Shown here piece by piece: positions 38,228 through 52,900 of a DNA stretch of 64,000 nt. Origin of the DNA: Lama guanicoe (lineage: Eukaryota); assembly GCA_013239625.1 (NCBI GenBank), contig MU054117.1:1118001-1182000 (forward strand), in the 5' to 3' direction. The notes under the pieces are model-generated. The model was not told where the DNA came from. It searched no databases and saw nothing but the letters and a program-made list of their open reading frames with translations. Position numbers and translations under genes: made by a program. Within the stretch, counting starts at the first letter, position 1. Each line of letters starts with the position of its first letter.

Positions 38228-38389
38228 CTAGGGCAGGAAAAAGAACCCCTCACGTTAAAAGGCCTGCCCGCCCGCACAGGGCCCCCCGGAGTCCCCGGCA
38301 GGCAGCACCCAGGACGGCCAGCCGCGCCGGGCGTTCGGCCCCGGCCCACGGGCTCGGCCAGGCCAGTGAGCGACGTCACAGGTACTCAC

Positions 38390-38576
38390 TTAGAGAAGAG
38401 CCGCGAGACCCCTTCTGAGTGGCAGTAGACTGTGTGGAACAGCCACGAAAAGGAGAGGCAGAGGATGGCGCCCAAGAAGAATAATCCGAAGACCACCTTC
38501 TCCTGCAGCGGGGCCACGAAGGAGATGTTCGGGCGGAACATATAGAAGACCCCCAGGCACAGGAAGAGCACGCAAC
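38390..38576 (-). CDS. ADIPOR2: ADIPOR2 exon (GCVLFLCLG...FHTVYCHSEGVSRLFSK)
   Basis: cgccccag| ... AA|gtgagt; 187 nt; SxxxH motif. Confidence 0.97.
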
Positions 38577-39359
38577 CTGGGGCGGGGCGGGGAGGGAGAG
38601 GGGACGGCGTCACACACTGGTCATGCTTTCAGTCCTTCACAACCACAGCGACGCCTGAACGAGGGAGCACTTCCAGGGAACTGAAGCTTATCCAAAGTGT
38701 TGGTCTACTTCAAACCTTGTCGGTACCACGTACTCCGCAGCCTCACAGGCCGAGTGCACAGAGTAGCATGTATCCGAGAGCAGAACCCAGAAAGGAAACG
38801 GACAGCGCTGCTGCCTCCCAGCAGACTGAACAAGCCCACTTCTGCCTCTAGGCCCAGGGGAAACGCCATCTCTACAGCTTTTGGCATCTTGTGCTGTAGC
38901 CCAGGTCTCAAGGGCCGCCCTGCATCTTCTTCGGCAGAGAGTGCTGGCTCTCTGCGGAAGACGACGGCTCTCCCCCACCCACAGCTGCCCAGGAGCACCG
39001 TGCTTCTCGGGGCCTCGCCAGGTGGCCCGGCAGAGCCAAGAGTTAATTTAAGAACGGTGAAATGCCTATTTGGGCTGCTTCAGAACCGGTTCTTGGGTGT
39101 TCTTCACAGTAAGATTCCATGTTCTTACTGCTCAGGGGAGGCCTGATTAACGTACGACAGGCACAGAAATTAAGATGCTGAACACTGACTAAGTGATGCC
39201 GTTTGGTCCATTTAGTAAAACACGTGCCCCTGAGCTAGAAGTCAGCAGTGGAGCTCGTCTCAGTCTGCAGCCTCCTCCCACTCCGTCAGCAGGCAGGGAC
39301 TCGGAGCACGAGTGGAAATCAAACGTGTGATGAGAACCCTACGTCAAATGGGGGGAGGC

Positions 39360-40470
39360 CAGACACGATGCGGTATGTTCACAAGACTGTGCAACCATCA
39401 CCACTGCTTAACTCCAGAACACTTTCATCAGCCCCAAAAGAAGCCTTCCCCTGTTCAGCCATCTCCCACTGCCCCCCGATGACCACTTGTCCAGCCTCTG
39501 CCTCTCTGGACTGCCCCACGGGGGCGCCCGTGTGCGCCGATCCCACGATGCGTGGCCTGTGTCTGGCTCCTCCCATCCCGGCTCATGTTTTCAAGGCTGA
39601 CCCATGCTGTAGCACGTTACCAGCAGCTCGCCCCTTTATGCTCATCTATGTTCCACTGTGTGGATGGATCACACTTTGTGTACCCTCAGCTGGTAAGATA
39701 CTCAGGTTGTTTCCACCTTTAGCATTATTAGGAAAAATTCATGTACACATTTTTGTGTGACAATGTTTTCAGTTCTCCTGGGTACAGACCTAGGATTAAA
39801 CTCGGTTTAACTTTCTGAGGAACTGCCCAACCACTTCCTGTGGGGGCTGCACCGTTTCATAACCACCAGCACCGCGTGGGCGCGCCCATCCTCCCACACC
39901 CCGGCGGAGCAGCCATTCTGGTGGGCGCTCGGTGGTCTCTCGCTGTCCTTCCTGAAACAGCCCACGATGGTGAGTGACTTTTCACGTGCTCACTGGCCAT
40001 TTGTGTGTCTATTCCAGTGCCTGCCTCAGTTTTAAATCTGAATTGTCTTTTTACTGTTTAGTTTTAAGAGTGCTTTACTAGTTAACCCTCACCAGGTAAG
40101 TGATTTGCAAATATGTTCTCCCCCATTCTGTCAGTTATCTTCTTATTTCCTTGTTAATGTCCTCTGACGTTCAAAAGGTTTTAATTTTGATAGAGGTTAA
40201 TTTAGTTTTCCTTTGGCTGCTCGTGCCTTGGGTGCAAATTCCAAGTGTCACCTACTCTAGGGTCACAGAGATCTACACCCGTGTTCTTTCCTAGCGAGTC
40301 TATAGTTTGAGCTCTTGTGTTTAGGTCTCTGGTCCACCTTGAGTTAATTTTTCTACGTGGTGCAAATTAGGGCCCAACTTCATTCTTCTGCATGGGTGAC
40401 TCGGTTGTCCCCAACCCCACCTATTGAAAAGACTCTCCTCTCTCCCACTGTGCTGTCTCTTCAATGAGCA
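39360..40470 (-). mobile_element. Old LINE-1 fragment, antisense
   Basis: Antisense L1 motifs (GTGCAACCATCACCAC, GATTTGCAAATAT-TTCTCCC, GGTCCACCTTGAGTTAATTTTT, TTGAAAAGACT). Confidence 0.75.
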
Positions 40471-40844
40471 GTCATGATCACTTTCTACTTTATGACAAAC
40501 TTAATTGTGAAAATTCTGAGTAATGACTTTAGAAAACCAGCTTAGTTCTGTTAAGTAACTACCTTCCTCTCCATGCTCGTTAAAATATGCTACCTCCTTT
40601 TGTATGGTGCCTTTTCTTTGGCACCTGTTTTAAAGACATGTCTGAAAATCCAATAGAGAAACATACAACTTGGCTATAATTAAAATCACTGCATAAACCA
40701 CGACGACCACAGAGTCAACCAGAGAAACCACATCATTAGAATCTAGAAAACAAAACCGGCAGATCCAAAATAAGTTCTCTCCTCACCCTCACCCATCGCC
40801 GGGGGAGCAAGGGTGAGCCACGTCACACCACTGCCCTTACATAC

Positions 40845-41016
40845 CTAAGAGATGCGTCCAGATGTTACCCGTCTCTGTGTGAATTCGGAAAATGCTCCTG
40901 AAGCAGGCCCGGAAGGACGGCATGGGGGGCCGGTGTCCGTGCAAAAGGAAGTCGTTGTCCTTGAGCCAGTCTGGGAGCACGTCGTGAGGGATGACTCGCC
41001 ATCGCCCTTCCCAGAC
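40845..41016 (-). CDS. ADIPOR2: ADIPOR2 exon (VWEGRWRVIPHDVLPDWLKDNDFLLHGHRPP...ETGNIWTHLL)
   Basis: ctctcccag| ... TTAG|gtatgt; 172 nt; ExxxNxxxH motif. Confidence 0.97.
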
Positions 41017-41479
41017 CTGGGAGAGCATTAATTCAAACGTGCATCTGTCAGTGCTACAACGCTGACAACTGCCTCTTACCACATTGTTTCATAATGAGAA
41101 AAATGACTTACTTTTAGAAAGACAAATACATTCAAAAGGTATCATGTCCTATATTCTGAGTTTTTAAAAAAGACTGAGGGAAAAAAATATCGGGGCGGGG
41201 TTGGGGGTATTCTTAGGAAAAGCAAAGAGTAAATAAACTTAGAGAAAACACCCAGAAGAGTGATTTCAAGCTTTGTTCCAGTCTGGCTGGAGGGAGGGTG
41301 GGAGCCAAAGTCCCACCCACACAGATGCCCACCCTCGCCCCCACGACAGACCACAGCTCTCCTGCTCCATGTTCCCTCGGCAGGGAAGGGACACAGCGTC
41401 ACTCGTGTGCCCTGCTCTCCTCCCCCTCGACTGGCCTCCTGCCACAGCCAATACAAATGCATAGAGAAGACAGCGCAGG

Positions 41480-41620
41480 AGTCAGAAAATCTTGGATCCC
41501 TGCCATTAACTAGTTGCATGAGCTGTAATTAAGTACAAATCTCAAGCCTCAGTTTCCTCATTTGGTAAGATGAGGACAAAAGCGCTTCAATCACTCCACC
41601 GGGCAGGTGTGAGGCTCAAA
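41480..41620 (+). mobile_element. MIR SINE
   Basis: TGCCATTAACTAGTTG...GCCTCAGTTTCCTCATTTGGTAAGATGAGGA. Confidence 0.65.
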
Positions 41621-44438
41621 GCCCGTCAGGGAGCGAGCAGGCCCCAGCAGCCACCTGTCCGCTCTCCTGAGAGTTCACGGCCAACACTCGGGAGACTGCC
41701 CTTCAGCCCCCCTCCCTGCCAGACTCTGAAGGACAGGGACCAGGGGTCCGCAAGCCCTCCCGAGAGCCTGCCAGCCTCCTGGCCCTGCTCCTGCCGATGT
41801 CTCTCTGCCCACAGGACACACTCCACAAGGGTCACATAGGCCAAAACTTGCAACTTGCTTCTGGGAGTGAGAGCGGAGGGAGATCTAAGGAGCCGGGTGG
41901 GTCTGCAGGCTCCACCGGGGAAATGACCGTCCCTGCCCCGGCTGTGACAGACACCGCTGGACCGCACCTGCCTCCGCTCCGCACTGCTGTCCTGCCCTGC
42001 TCCCCCTTGGCGCCTCCCTCATGGACATTTCAGAGAACGGACCCTCTGCAGGGCTCCAAAGTGAGGACTAGCAATTGAAGAACAGAAGTGACCCGTGACC
42101 CTCTTACAAGTCTCACTCACTCTCCTGTCTACCCTCCCCACTTCCCCTCTCACTTTCCAACCCGAATCCTCAGGCCTGTGCTAAGCCGGCCATTCCCTGC
42201 TTGTTCCTAACTCACAACAAAACAGATTGATGCCAAAAGACTACTGTAGCTTTTCCATGTCTACAGCTAACAGATCTACCACTTTCAACAGCGGCTGTTT
42301 AAGATCCTCCAAAGGACTTTCTGGAGAGAAAAAGTCACACCAAGACACTGAATTTTTAAACCTACTTTGAACCTGAGTTACCGCGGAGATGAGCTCTACA
42401 AGATGCCACTACTGTTGCACTCTGGGAGAATTTTCTTTTCTAAGAGGGAAGGAAAGACAGAACTCAATCCTTACTCCCTCAAGCAATGCACAACATGCGC
42501 ACAGCTCTGCTGTGAGCCTGTGAAAAGCACTACTGTGTTATCACAGCCAAAACAGTCAAAAAGAACGCTGTTCCTCACTAGTTACGTACGCATACAAGGC
42601 TGGAGCGGTCTTCCCCGTTATTCTGAACAAGCATTCCACCCCTTTAAAGACCCAGCGCGGAGCTGTGCTTTCAGAACTACTCTGCAAGCAGCGTCCTCTC
42701 CGGACACCGCCCCCACACGGTCAACCTGCAAGCCAGGCCTGGACAGGTCTTCTCCTTCCTGGGGGGAAGGACAGGGTCACAGCGTAGTCAAAGATGTGCC
42801 TGTTTGTAAGCCTGACAAGGACAATGCCTAAATCAAACACCTTAGCGATGGTCCACTGGGCTTGTGTTGGACCACAGAATTTAATTCAAAAACCCACTCC
42901 CTACAGCACACCCCCTCCCCCACATGGCCTGACTGCTGGCGGAAAAGCAGCAGCTGAAGGCTGGGGGAGGGGCTGAGGCCACTCCTGGGCAAGCGACAGC
43001 GCCTAAGTGATTTACTCCCCCTAGTCCGTGAGAAAAGCTTTTCCAAAGGGGATGCACACCAGCAAAGTGGCGGGATACACCATTTACACTGTCCGTTTAC
43101 TTGCTTCCCGTCCAAGAAACAAGCTCCCGTGCCGTCAGGTGGAGCAGGCGCCAGGGCGGGCCGGCCCAGGAGCTTCCTTCTGCTCGCAAGCTGCCCAGGG
43201 AGGGTTACGGGAATCGCAATAATTTTTGTGACCCACTCATTTTTCTTCAGTAAATTACAGTCTGTAGCAAACAAATACCGTATTTATTCTCCCGTTAGCT
43301 GTTACATTAGAAAGTTTTATTTGCTTTATTCTCTGTTTTAGTTTAGAAGGGAGAAAAGACAGTCGGATCAGACACAGGACCCACTGGTCCATAAACATAA
43401 AAGCCCCTAATGGTCAGTCACTAAATATTCAACTTTGGGAGATTTAACACCAAGCTTGCTTTTTGGAAAACAAAGTGTATCTTTTTTATCCCTCTGTGCT
43501 AATTCTCCTGAGACAGTGATTACCAGAATGGGTCTACTGTTTTGCTTGGCTTTGCCTTCACCAATTTTCAAACACTGATTAAAACTTCCTGGGCCCCAAG
43601 TAGACCCATAAATGTTTAGATCCCTCCCCACCCACCCATCTCTTTGTCTCAGAAGGGATGCCTGTATTCAGACTGTAACACTCTCTTACGAGTTCTGGTC
43701 CCAAGTACAGTACTCTAAGGCACCTGGCCTCAGTTACTTCCAGCACCATCGTGAATGTAGGAAAACCTAAACTGACTTTTCAGGAACCAAGACCACATGC
43801 ATAAAATGTCTTGGTGTCATAACACCCATAAAAAACCTAAGTGCCACAAAACATTTTTCTCCAAATGATCAAGAGTTGTTCAGAAATACTCAGTAAGTGC
43901 ATCTGTACACACAGACTGACTGACGCTGACTTTAGATCATGCCTGCCAGGGCTCCTGCGGCTCAGATGAATCAAGTGACCTGTACCAGTGTCCCTGGCCA
44001 CACGCAGCCCCAGCTCCAGCTACCAGACCCCCGCAGAGGTCCTAACAAATCAGAGAGTGCACCAGCTGCGGTGTGCACTAGACGTGCGTGCGGCCTGACA
44101 ACCTGGGGACCCCTACCTGAAGGCCCCTCGCTCTCACCGTCGAGCAGATTCAAGGGACCTGCGGATGGCACGTTAGGACCTCCAGGCATCAGACTCCCCC
44201 AGTTTTGTTTCACTGTGTCTTGTCTAAGTGGTCAACAAGGCCTGTCAGCACGTCATCATGGCTGCTGCAGGCACACAATGTCCCGTGCCTGCAACAGGGC
44301 TTCAGTCTCGACACGGCTTCTGTCTCTGCTTCACCACACGCTGTCCCCTCCCCAGAGCACGCCAAGGGCGAAGGTATGCCCGGTCTCCTTAAAGGTTTCT
44401 GTCTGGGAAGGGCTGAATGCACAGGGTGGGCACCTTAC

Positions 44439-44558
44439 CTTACAAACAAACTCCTCCATCCTCTCCATCGCGTGGTGGGCTTGCAGGAGGGGGGACATGC
44501 CCATGAACCCCTCGTCCTCCTGGGACGCCTCATCTCTGCACTCCTGCTCCTCCAGGCT
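44439..44558 (-). CDS. ADIPOR2: ADIPOR2 exon (SLEEQECRDEASQEDEGFMGMSPLLQAHHAMERMEEFVCK)
   Basis: ccttgcag| ... AAG|gtaagg; 120 nt. Confidence 0.96.
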
Positions 44559-46499
44559 CTGCAAGGCAATCACAGAAACCATCAGGGTTGGGACCAGGAG
44601 CCAACGGAGGCCAACAACACACTCTCCCTGAGGAACTGTAACGAAATTCTCTGAAGGTCAGAACAAGAACTCAGATGAGTAACAACACAGGAAGTAAGGT
44701 CAGTTTATCAGACAAGCATGAGCGCTGAAAATGAACGAGGGCCGCTTGATTCTTCTCTGACAGACAGATGGACTGTGACAACAGCTCGCCTCTGTTTTCA
44801 GTTATATTCACAGGCCACACAATACTATTACACGTATAAAGGTGACAGGTTACTGGGCGGGGGGAGTCTCCAATAATCCAGCGTTTCTCAACCTTTGTTT
44901 CACGAGGGTTCCACCTTCCCTCCTCGCCCCCGCCCCTCGAGCACGTTTCAGACTGCTTCCCCATCCCCGTGAACTTTCAATTAACAGATGTAGTGTTTGT
45001 CTGTGTGCACTGCGGCCCTGTGGAGGGCTACAAACCGCTGTAATAGTTAAGAGCGTTTCACTTCCTGCAACCAAGCCACTGTCACCAGAGAATGCGCCCC
45101 CGCCCACAGCAAGTCCACCTCCTCCGACTCCCTTCAGCCCTCGGTCTGGGCTGCTCACCTGACAAGCCGCGCACAGCTCCCGTCCCACTGACTGATCTTG
45201 TTTACTTGATGTTTACAGAACTTCACGTTTTAGTGTGTCACTTCCTAAACTAGATTCAGTGTGTGTCTCTTCTTCCCCACGGCTCCCAGGACAGCTCTGG
45301 GCCAATATTTTATATACTTAGAAAGTGGCTGGGTTCATTAATGCTTTAAAAGGTTAAACAAATATTTACAGGGATCGTGTCTTATTAAATATAAAACTAA
45401 AATAAAAATTCCATTAAAACATCAATTACACAAAAACAAAACAGCATGAAATTAGACTGATTTTAAATTATTAAACATAAACATATATATATATAAAACA
45501 GCTCAAATATTTATGCATGTTTAACAGGTACTCAATTCTGAGAACACAGAGGAACAGAAACAAGGATTCAATCTTGATTCCCAGACAAATAAGTCACACC
45601 AGCAGTATCCATAAAACTACACGTAAGCACAGGGAACCACAGTTAAGTGCGTCCTGTACTATCCGAAGTGAACCTGACCGAGCTGCAGACAGTCTGAAAC
45701 ACCGACGTGGTTACTGACAGCCAGTTCGCGTGGAGAGCGAGACTACGTGCCCTTGGGTCGGTGGAGGACCGCTGACAGGGCCAGGCAGCCAGCCTCACTG
45801 GTGACCCTGCAGACCCAGGGAAGGAAAGCAAGGACGGGGTGCTCCCGGGGCAGGCACCCCCATCCCCACGTCTACAGGGAAGAGCAATGAATGGCAGGGT
45901 GCGGGGCAGGGGAGAAGGGGGCAGCTGTGTCTCAGCAGTGCTAATCCATGCTTACAAAAAGGAAACGTCCCGTTCAGAACCTAAGAGGTGTGGTCTCATC
46001 TGCATGTCAAACAGAGAACAGGAAACAAGCTGGCTTGCCATAATGGACTGAGTGAGTGAAGCCAGATAAAACCTGATTACTGATAAACTCTGTAATCTTT
46101 GACAAAATTACATACAATCTCTCTGAGCATCCGTCTCCTCGTGTGTAAAATGATTTTCTCGATACTGAGTCTACACTGCAGATCTGTTTTAAGGATCAAG
46201 GATAATGGACAGGAAGCTCTCTCAGGGCCTAGGACTCAGAAGGCCATCTTAAGTGGTGCCCTTTATTACGACGATGCGCAAGGTGCTGGGGACACTGGAG
46301 CAGGTGCCACAACCCAGTGGAGAAGACACACCCCTAAGCAAGGAACCACCTCAATGAACTGGTCAACGGAATGGAAAGGGTCTGATGACGCAAACAGAAA
46401 AGAGAAAAGTGAACTCCGGCACTGCTGGGAGGTTTAACAGAAAGGTAACATCCGAAAACGTGTTTCGAATTCACCAGTCAGACATGACAGGGGAAGCTA

Positions 46500-47470
46500 A
46501 GAGCGCGCATCCAAAAACACAGCGCTTAGCACAGCAGCGGCAAAAGTCAACGTGATGGGAGGCAAACAGGTCAGCATGGACACAATCCAAGTCCGAGTGC
46601 CTATGGACAGAGGAAGGACATGGGCCGTGGCAGAGCCAGCAACAGAGTATCACTCAGTCACAAGAGCGCAGTCGTGGCTAAGCCCGAGAACAGCGCGCTC
46701 AGTGAAACGGGCCACACACAGCAACGCCTTCCGTGAAATACGTGGAGCAGCCGAACCACGGGCACAGCAAGTGAGCATGAGGTGGCCGTGCACTGGGCTG
46801 AGGGAGGAGGGAATTAAGAGTCGCTCCTCAGCTCCTCTCGGGGCGATGAGAAGCCCTGGAAGTGATGGTAACAGCCGCACAGCACTGTGAATACAGCTAG
46901 CGGCACCAAATCGTGCATTTTAAAGAGGTCGGAATGGAAAACTTCACGTTACACATTTTGCTACAATCCGTTTTTAAGAAGCTCAAGGGTCCACAGCGGC
47001 TTTATTCATAATGTCAAAACCTAGGAAAAACTCAAGTATCTATCAGGAAAAAACTGGATAAACAAGTGTGATATTTACATAATCGAATACTTCACTCCTC
47101 ACTGAAAAAAAAGGAACTACACAAAATCACACGGGTGAGTAGCAGAAACACGCCAAGTCAAAGAAGCCGACTGTGAAGAGACTGTGTCACTCAGATCTGT
47201 TCCCGCCAAGGCCAGCTATGAGCACAGACCCGAGCCGAGCTCCGCGTGAGGGCGCTTCCAGGGGAGGCGGGTAGAGGAGGGGTGCTGCCGGGAAGGGGCG
47301 GAAGGGAAGTTCCGAATGACGGAGACAATCCGAATCCTGACCTGCACAGTTGTCACACACACATCCCTGTGCTACAGAGTTATGATTCGAGTTATTTTAT
47401 TTTACTGTGTTTAAATTACCCCTCAATACAATGTTTGTGGAAATCATTCAATAAAATGTTTTTTAAAAAA
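46500..47470 (+). mobile_element. Old LINE-1 3'-end fragments
   Basis: Motifs such as CAGCGGCTTTATTCATAAT and GGATAAACAA, ending in AATAAAA and an A-rich tail. Confidence 0.55.
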
Positions 47471-47689
47471 AAACAAGAGCGAGGAATGGAGGCAGCTTCG
47501 GATACTGAGGGGCTTCGGACTTTGTCCTGCAGGCAAAGCTGAGCGTTTAGAGGACACGACGTGCGGCAAGCTGCGCGTTCCCAGATTTGCATTTGGAAAC
47601 TATCTGGCAACAGAGGGACGGTCAGACTGAAGAAGGGAAGCAAAAAAGGAAAGAAAGAAATTAAGAAAATACTTTAAAAGTCTAAAGCA

Positions 47690-47900
47690 GTTTGGTGTCA
47701 ACTAGGGGTAATTTTACCCCCACGCCCTTCCAGCGGACATCTGGCAATATTATCTGGGTTCATTCTGACTTGTGACAAGTGGTGGGAATGCTACTGGCAT
47801 GTGGCAGGAAGGTGCCAAGATGCTGTTAAACATCCTACAAGGACAGCTCCTCTCAACAAAGAACTATGGGCCGGAGTATCACTAAGGGTTGAGAAGCTCG
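47690..47900. mobile_element. MER20-like hAT DNA transposon relic
   Basis: GGACATCTGGCAAT...TGCTACTGGCAT...GATGCTGTTAAACATCCTACAA...CAACAAAGAACTAT...GGTTGAGAAGC. Confidence 0.65.
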
Positions 47901-50071
47901 GATCTAAAGACATGAGGGGGTCTGTACACCTGAAGCTGTACATGCCACAGCATATTTTACCTCTGAAAAAGAGAACCAGTGTGATAAAGATGAAAGGCCT
48001 TGAAGATCAGTCTAACATGAAAATAATTCATCAATCTGTTGGGCGTTTATCTGCTCTAGCCCAACTCAGTTCAACAGAGCACTTAAGTTTAACAAATACT
48101 TATAAAAGGGATTTTTTAAAGGTAAGTAAAACACAGTCTCTGTCTTGCATGAGCTTATCATCTTAACAGGGGGCTGAATGAGCCCCGTAAATGACCATAA
48201 TAGAAATAAGGAACATTCAGTTTTAAGACAGAGAGCATGGGGCCCAGGAAAGGCTGCATGAGGAACAGAATCCTGTAAAGATGAAATAAAAGAGGGGAAA
48301 GCAAAAAAAAATTCCATTTTGAGGAAAAGACCAGCTCAGTTCAGCCAAAACTTAGGATGCACTGAAGAGCACCATTGCTCTTAGACACAAATTACATACT
48401 TAAACACTAGCTGAAGTCAGCAAAGAGCCACAGAGATCCACATTCGTAGTACCACCCACAATTAGAAGTCAAAAGTCAAGGAATGGCAGGCTACCCAGGG
48501 CTGGACGGTCGGCCCGCACGTAAGTCAGTGAGGACTGGGCCCGCCCGCACTCACACACAAGGACGAAGGTCTGGGGCCCCTACATTAGCGCGACTTCATC
48601 ACACACTCAGGAAGCTCTTGCCCAGGAAGGTAAGGATACAAACCAGTAGATACCTTTATTATCAGCTTTCGGAACTTCTCAAAAATTCACTCAAGTTGAG
48701 ACTGCTCCATCAGCTCCTTGGTATAATAACTTGCTGAATTAGGCAAACCTGTTCACTTATCAAACAAATATTTGCTCACCAAGAGTCACTTCACCAGCCC
48801 TGAACTATCACAGTACTAACTGCCCAAGGCCAACGTGCTCTCTGCATTGGAAGGGCTGCCTTGGACCACCGAAAGCCAGACCCCAAACCCTGCAAACAGC
48901 CACCCACAGCCTCTCCTTTCTAAAACACCAGGCCTCTGCAGGGTGGGGCTCACTCTTCCTGCAGGAAGCAGCACACCTGGCTTAGTCCGATCAGCAGGGT
49001 ATTCTGATGGTCTTTCTGGAAAGCTGACAGGTTGAATCCAGCCTTAAGTTTAGAAATCTGAAATGTGAAGTAAGGGTATTAGAACGCTGACTTCACTAAC
49101 AACGTAACAGGTTAGTGGAAATCAAGAGTTCCACAAAAGACGGCAGCCGAGGGAGTGAGCACCGCTGAGTGTGTCTCCGGGACTGCCCAAGAGTGAGTGC
49201 AGCGTCGGGTCTGCAGGAACGTTCATCCTGGCCAGCCTAGAAATACGTGCGCTCTCGGCCTGCGAAGACTAGACACCTCCATCAAAGCTTGATGGAAAAG
49301 AGCTTTAAAATCACCCAACTTTTTTTCTTTTTCTTACAAAGCATCTCTGTCTGATCACAACTACATTTCCTAAGCAGACCTCCTCAGGAAAACGAAGTTA
49401 ACAGGCAGACAGGAGCCTATTTACAAGTTAGCTTTCTTAGGATAAACTAATATACAGCGGCTTTCTTGTAAGTTTGGTGAAAGCAGTTCAGTTCGAGAGA
49501 GTAACTCCTGGGCTGAATGAAGAAAAGTTGGCTCCTAATCCCCATTTATGAAGAATCTGGAGCAGAGAGGAAGAGGAGGACAACCATGAAGGCTGCTCTC
49601 TTTTTTTCAACTTAATACACCTTGAAAATTCACAGATATGAAACGAAGCCATAAAACTAAAGACTGGGGTAGCCTGGTTTGAAGCGGCTTTTTTGTGTTT
49701 TTGTCTGTGGAAACTTAACAAAACACAAACTAAAAACTTCAGCCAATACAGCGAAAAGAGCCAAGGCTCAGAGTCAGAGGCCCAGAAGTAACGCTCCGGC
49801 CACTCCCGGCACCATACAACAGCACACATTTCAAAAAGGACTTTGGATGGTGGAAGGACACTGGACAGGGATTCTAAAGGTCTGGATCTTTGGCCCCGCT
49901 AGTCGGGGCTTCCTTGCTAACAGACCTCTGACTCCTCACACCCTTCGCCCTTCACTCCAGCTGCAACGAACGTCCTGTGGCTCCCTCACCAGTGCACACC
50001 AGTGAGACTCCGCGCACGTCAGCTATTGTTACTACTGTTTCCTAAAAGAACCACGCTACTCTATTCTTCGT

Positions 50072-50186
50072 GGGGGGAAGTAATTACGTTTATTTATCTA
50101 TTTATCTTAATGGAGGTGCTGGGGACTGAACAGGAGCGCGTGGATGCTAAGCACACGCTCTACACTGAGCTGTACTCTGCCCCCCC
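50072..50186 (-). mobile_element. Second, more diverged copy of the same SINE
   Basis: Shares ttaatggagg(t)-ctggg-a-tgaac...atgctaa-cacac-ctc...cactgagct-tac-ct-ccc with the 37.8 kb copy. Confidence 0.72.
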
Positions 50187-51189
50187 TCAATGCTGTTCTT
50201 ACTTCTGGGTCTTCACATCTGCTGTTCCCTTTGCCTGGAAGGCCCTTCGGTCCTCTCAGCTAACCCTGCAACCCAAGTTCTCCCTCCCAGGTGCCCAGCT
50301 GCAGGCAGTGCTGCTCCCACAGTGCCCTGTGCATACCATCACACCGCACGGAGCACAAATGCACTGACTTACTGTTTCTCTAGCTAGACTATAATAAGCC
50401 GCTTTAGGGCAGAAACCATGTTTTGTCTCTATTCCCAGAGTGCCACCACGTGGTAAAGAAACTAAAAGCATCTCTAGAAAGAATAAATGCATACATACAT
50501 CTACTAAACAACTCTTGGTTTTCCTTGCACTATCACATTCTAGGAATCAAGTCTGGGTACTTGAAAGAAAGTCTGTATTATTTATTAGAAATTAGGAAGT
50601 CAGAAGGAAAAGCTGGTGAGGGAGGAAACAGGCTAAATCAGTTCAATGTGGAACAGTTAAAAGGTCCAATAAAGAGGTCAGTATTTAGATGACAGATTTA
50701 GAGATCACCTTTGTGAAAAGGCTGTTGCAGTCAAGGATGGCTGAGACAGATGGGTAAGTTCAATATGTTTATCAGGATTTACTGCAGTCACATCAGGTGA
50801 GTACAAAGCAAGGTCAAGGTAACAGAACTACTGCCCACTGCACACTAACCTCACGCCACACACTGCGCTAAGTGCTGCACGCAGGGATCACACCCTCGTA
50901 ACCACCTTCGGAGGAGCACTCCTATTTCCACGTGTTAATGTGGAGACCCAGGGCAAGCATGATGAATTTAGAAACGGAAGCCAGGGCAAACTGCACGGCT
51001 CTAGGTAATACTTTGATTCCCGACCTAACGACATTCTCTCATGTGTAACGCTGTAGTGACTTAACACACATTCACTTAAGGTGACTTAATTCATAGTCAA
51101 TATCTATCATCTATCTTTTCAAACTAATACTAAAAACACAACTGTTATGAAGGGGGTGTGTTAAATACTTGTGATATTTAAAGGAGGAG

Positions 51190-51700
51190 AGGGTTGACTG
51201 CCTAAACCGCGCTTCCCACTCCCAGGTGCACAGCTAACAGAAACACACCTGTATTCAGCAGAAGACAAGCCCCAGAATATTCAGAGATTCTATTTTTACA
51301 GCCCCAAACGAGACCACCTTCAATAGAATGAATAAATAAAATGCGGTATAGTCAAAGAAATACCAGAGAGCAATAAAAATTACTGCTACACCAAGTAAAT
51401 ACAAATGGACTTTCACAAACACGATGCTGAGTGAGAGAAGCCAGTCACAAGAGTAAATACTGAATGGTTCTAATGAATGAAGCACAAAAACAAGCAGAAT
51501 TATCTACACCATTAGAAGTCAAGATAACACCACCTGTGCGGGAGGGGAGCAGGCAGACTGGGCCGGGTCGGGGGTGAGGAGAGCACTGCGGGTGCCTCTG
51601 GGAGTGCTGGTGGCACAGATGTGTCCAGAAGTTTATCCCACTACCCACTTACAATGTACACACTTTTCTACATGCACATACTTCAGCAAGGTTGTCATTG
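51190..51700 (+). mobile_element. Old LINE-1 3'-end fragment
   Basis: CCCACTCCCAGGT...GAATAAATAAAATGCGGTATA...GCTGAGTGAGAGAAGCCAGTCACAA. Confidence 0.6.
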
Positions 51701-52462
51701 TTTTTTCTTTTAAGGACCCTCCCACTCAAAAACAGTGGGAAATAATTCTGTAGAAGAGACCAAGGATTCAAATCCAGTCTCTCTGAACCCAAAACCTTGC
51801 TTTTTTTCTTTTACCAAACTGCTTCCTTGGAGATTATCTACCGGACAGAAGTGGCTTTGCCAGATAAAAGCAAACATGGTACAAGTGATAAAAGTAGCCA
51901 TTAAATAGGGCCGCTTAAGCAAAGGCACCAAACTGGATGAATCACTACCACGCACCATGGGGTCTCCTTCCACAGCTGTGACCATCTATGGACACAGTCT
52001 TTTAAAATGTATTAAAGGCAAATAACCATTCAAATTACCAAATCACACTTCTGACAATAAACCAATGAAAAGAAAATCCAGCCCCCATGAAGGAAAAAAA
52101 TGCATGATCCTCCAACAGAAGTCCCAGCATGTAACTCACATAAAGTCAATGGGGTCTCCATGTCCTGGCCTGTAAAACAAAGATGCAGCTGATACCCACT
52201 CCAGAAGGCTACTCTGGAAGGAATGAGATGGAACCCGCAAAACTGCTTAGAAAACTGCCTTGCACAGCACAAGGGCTCAGTAAGTGTGAGCTGTCGTTGC
52301 CCCTCTGATAAATGACACAGCGCATCGAGTCTATCTGGATTACATACATGAGTTAAGTTTCCCGGAACACCAGAATAGTACACCCCATATTCTCCGTACC
52401 TTTATTTATGAAAGCTGCCTGAGACAATTCTGACAAAGAACTCTGAACTGGCTACTTATAAG

Positions 52463-52900
52463 TTCATTCAACAACCATATGTTACATACTCACCAAGAAT
52501 CAAAAACTGGGCAAGAATCTGAGGATGGGGCAAACAAAAGGCAAGATTCTTTCCACCATGGAACATACAGTCTACAAGCAAAAATAAGAACTAAACCATC
52601 TAATCACACACACGGAGAGAGGTACGTACTGTGGGGGAACATGAAGGCAGGATTAAAGACAGCAGTGCACCAGGACACAGTGGAGACAGAGATCTGAGAA
52701 GGGCTTCTCTGAGGAAGGGATACTTAACCTGAGCACCGAGGAGCAGCAGTAGCAGCAGCAGCCACAGGTATGGACGTGAGAACACCCAGGCCAGGGAAAG
52801 AGCCACGCGTGAAGGCTCTGCAGCTGGACACAGCCCAGCCCACTTAACGAAGTGAAGTGAGGCCAGGGTGGCTGCAGCTTGTGAACAAGGCAGAGAACGT
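52463..52900 (-). mobile_element. LINE-2 fragment
   Basis: TTCATTCAACAACCATATGTT tail followed by an L2-like body. Confidence 0.5.
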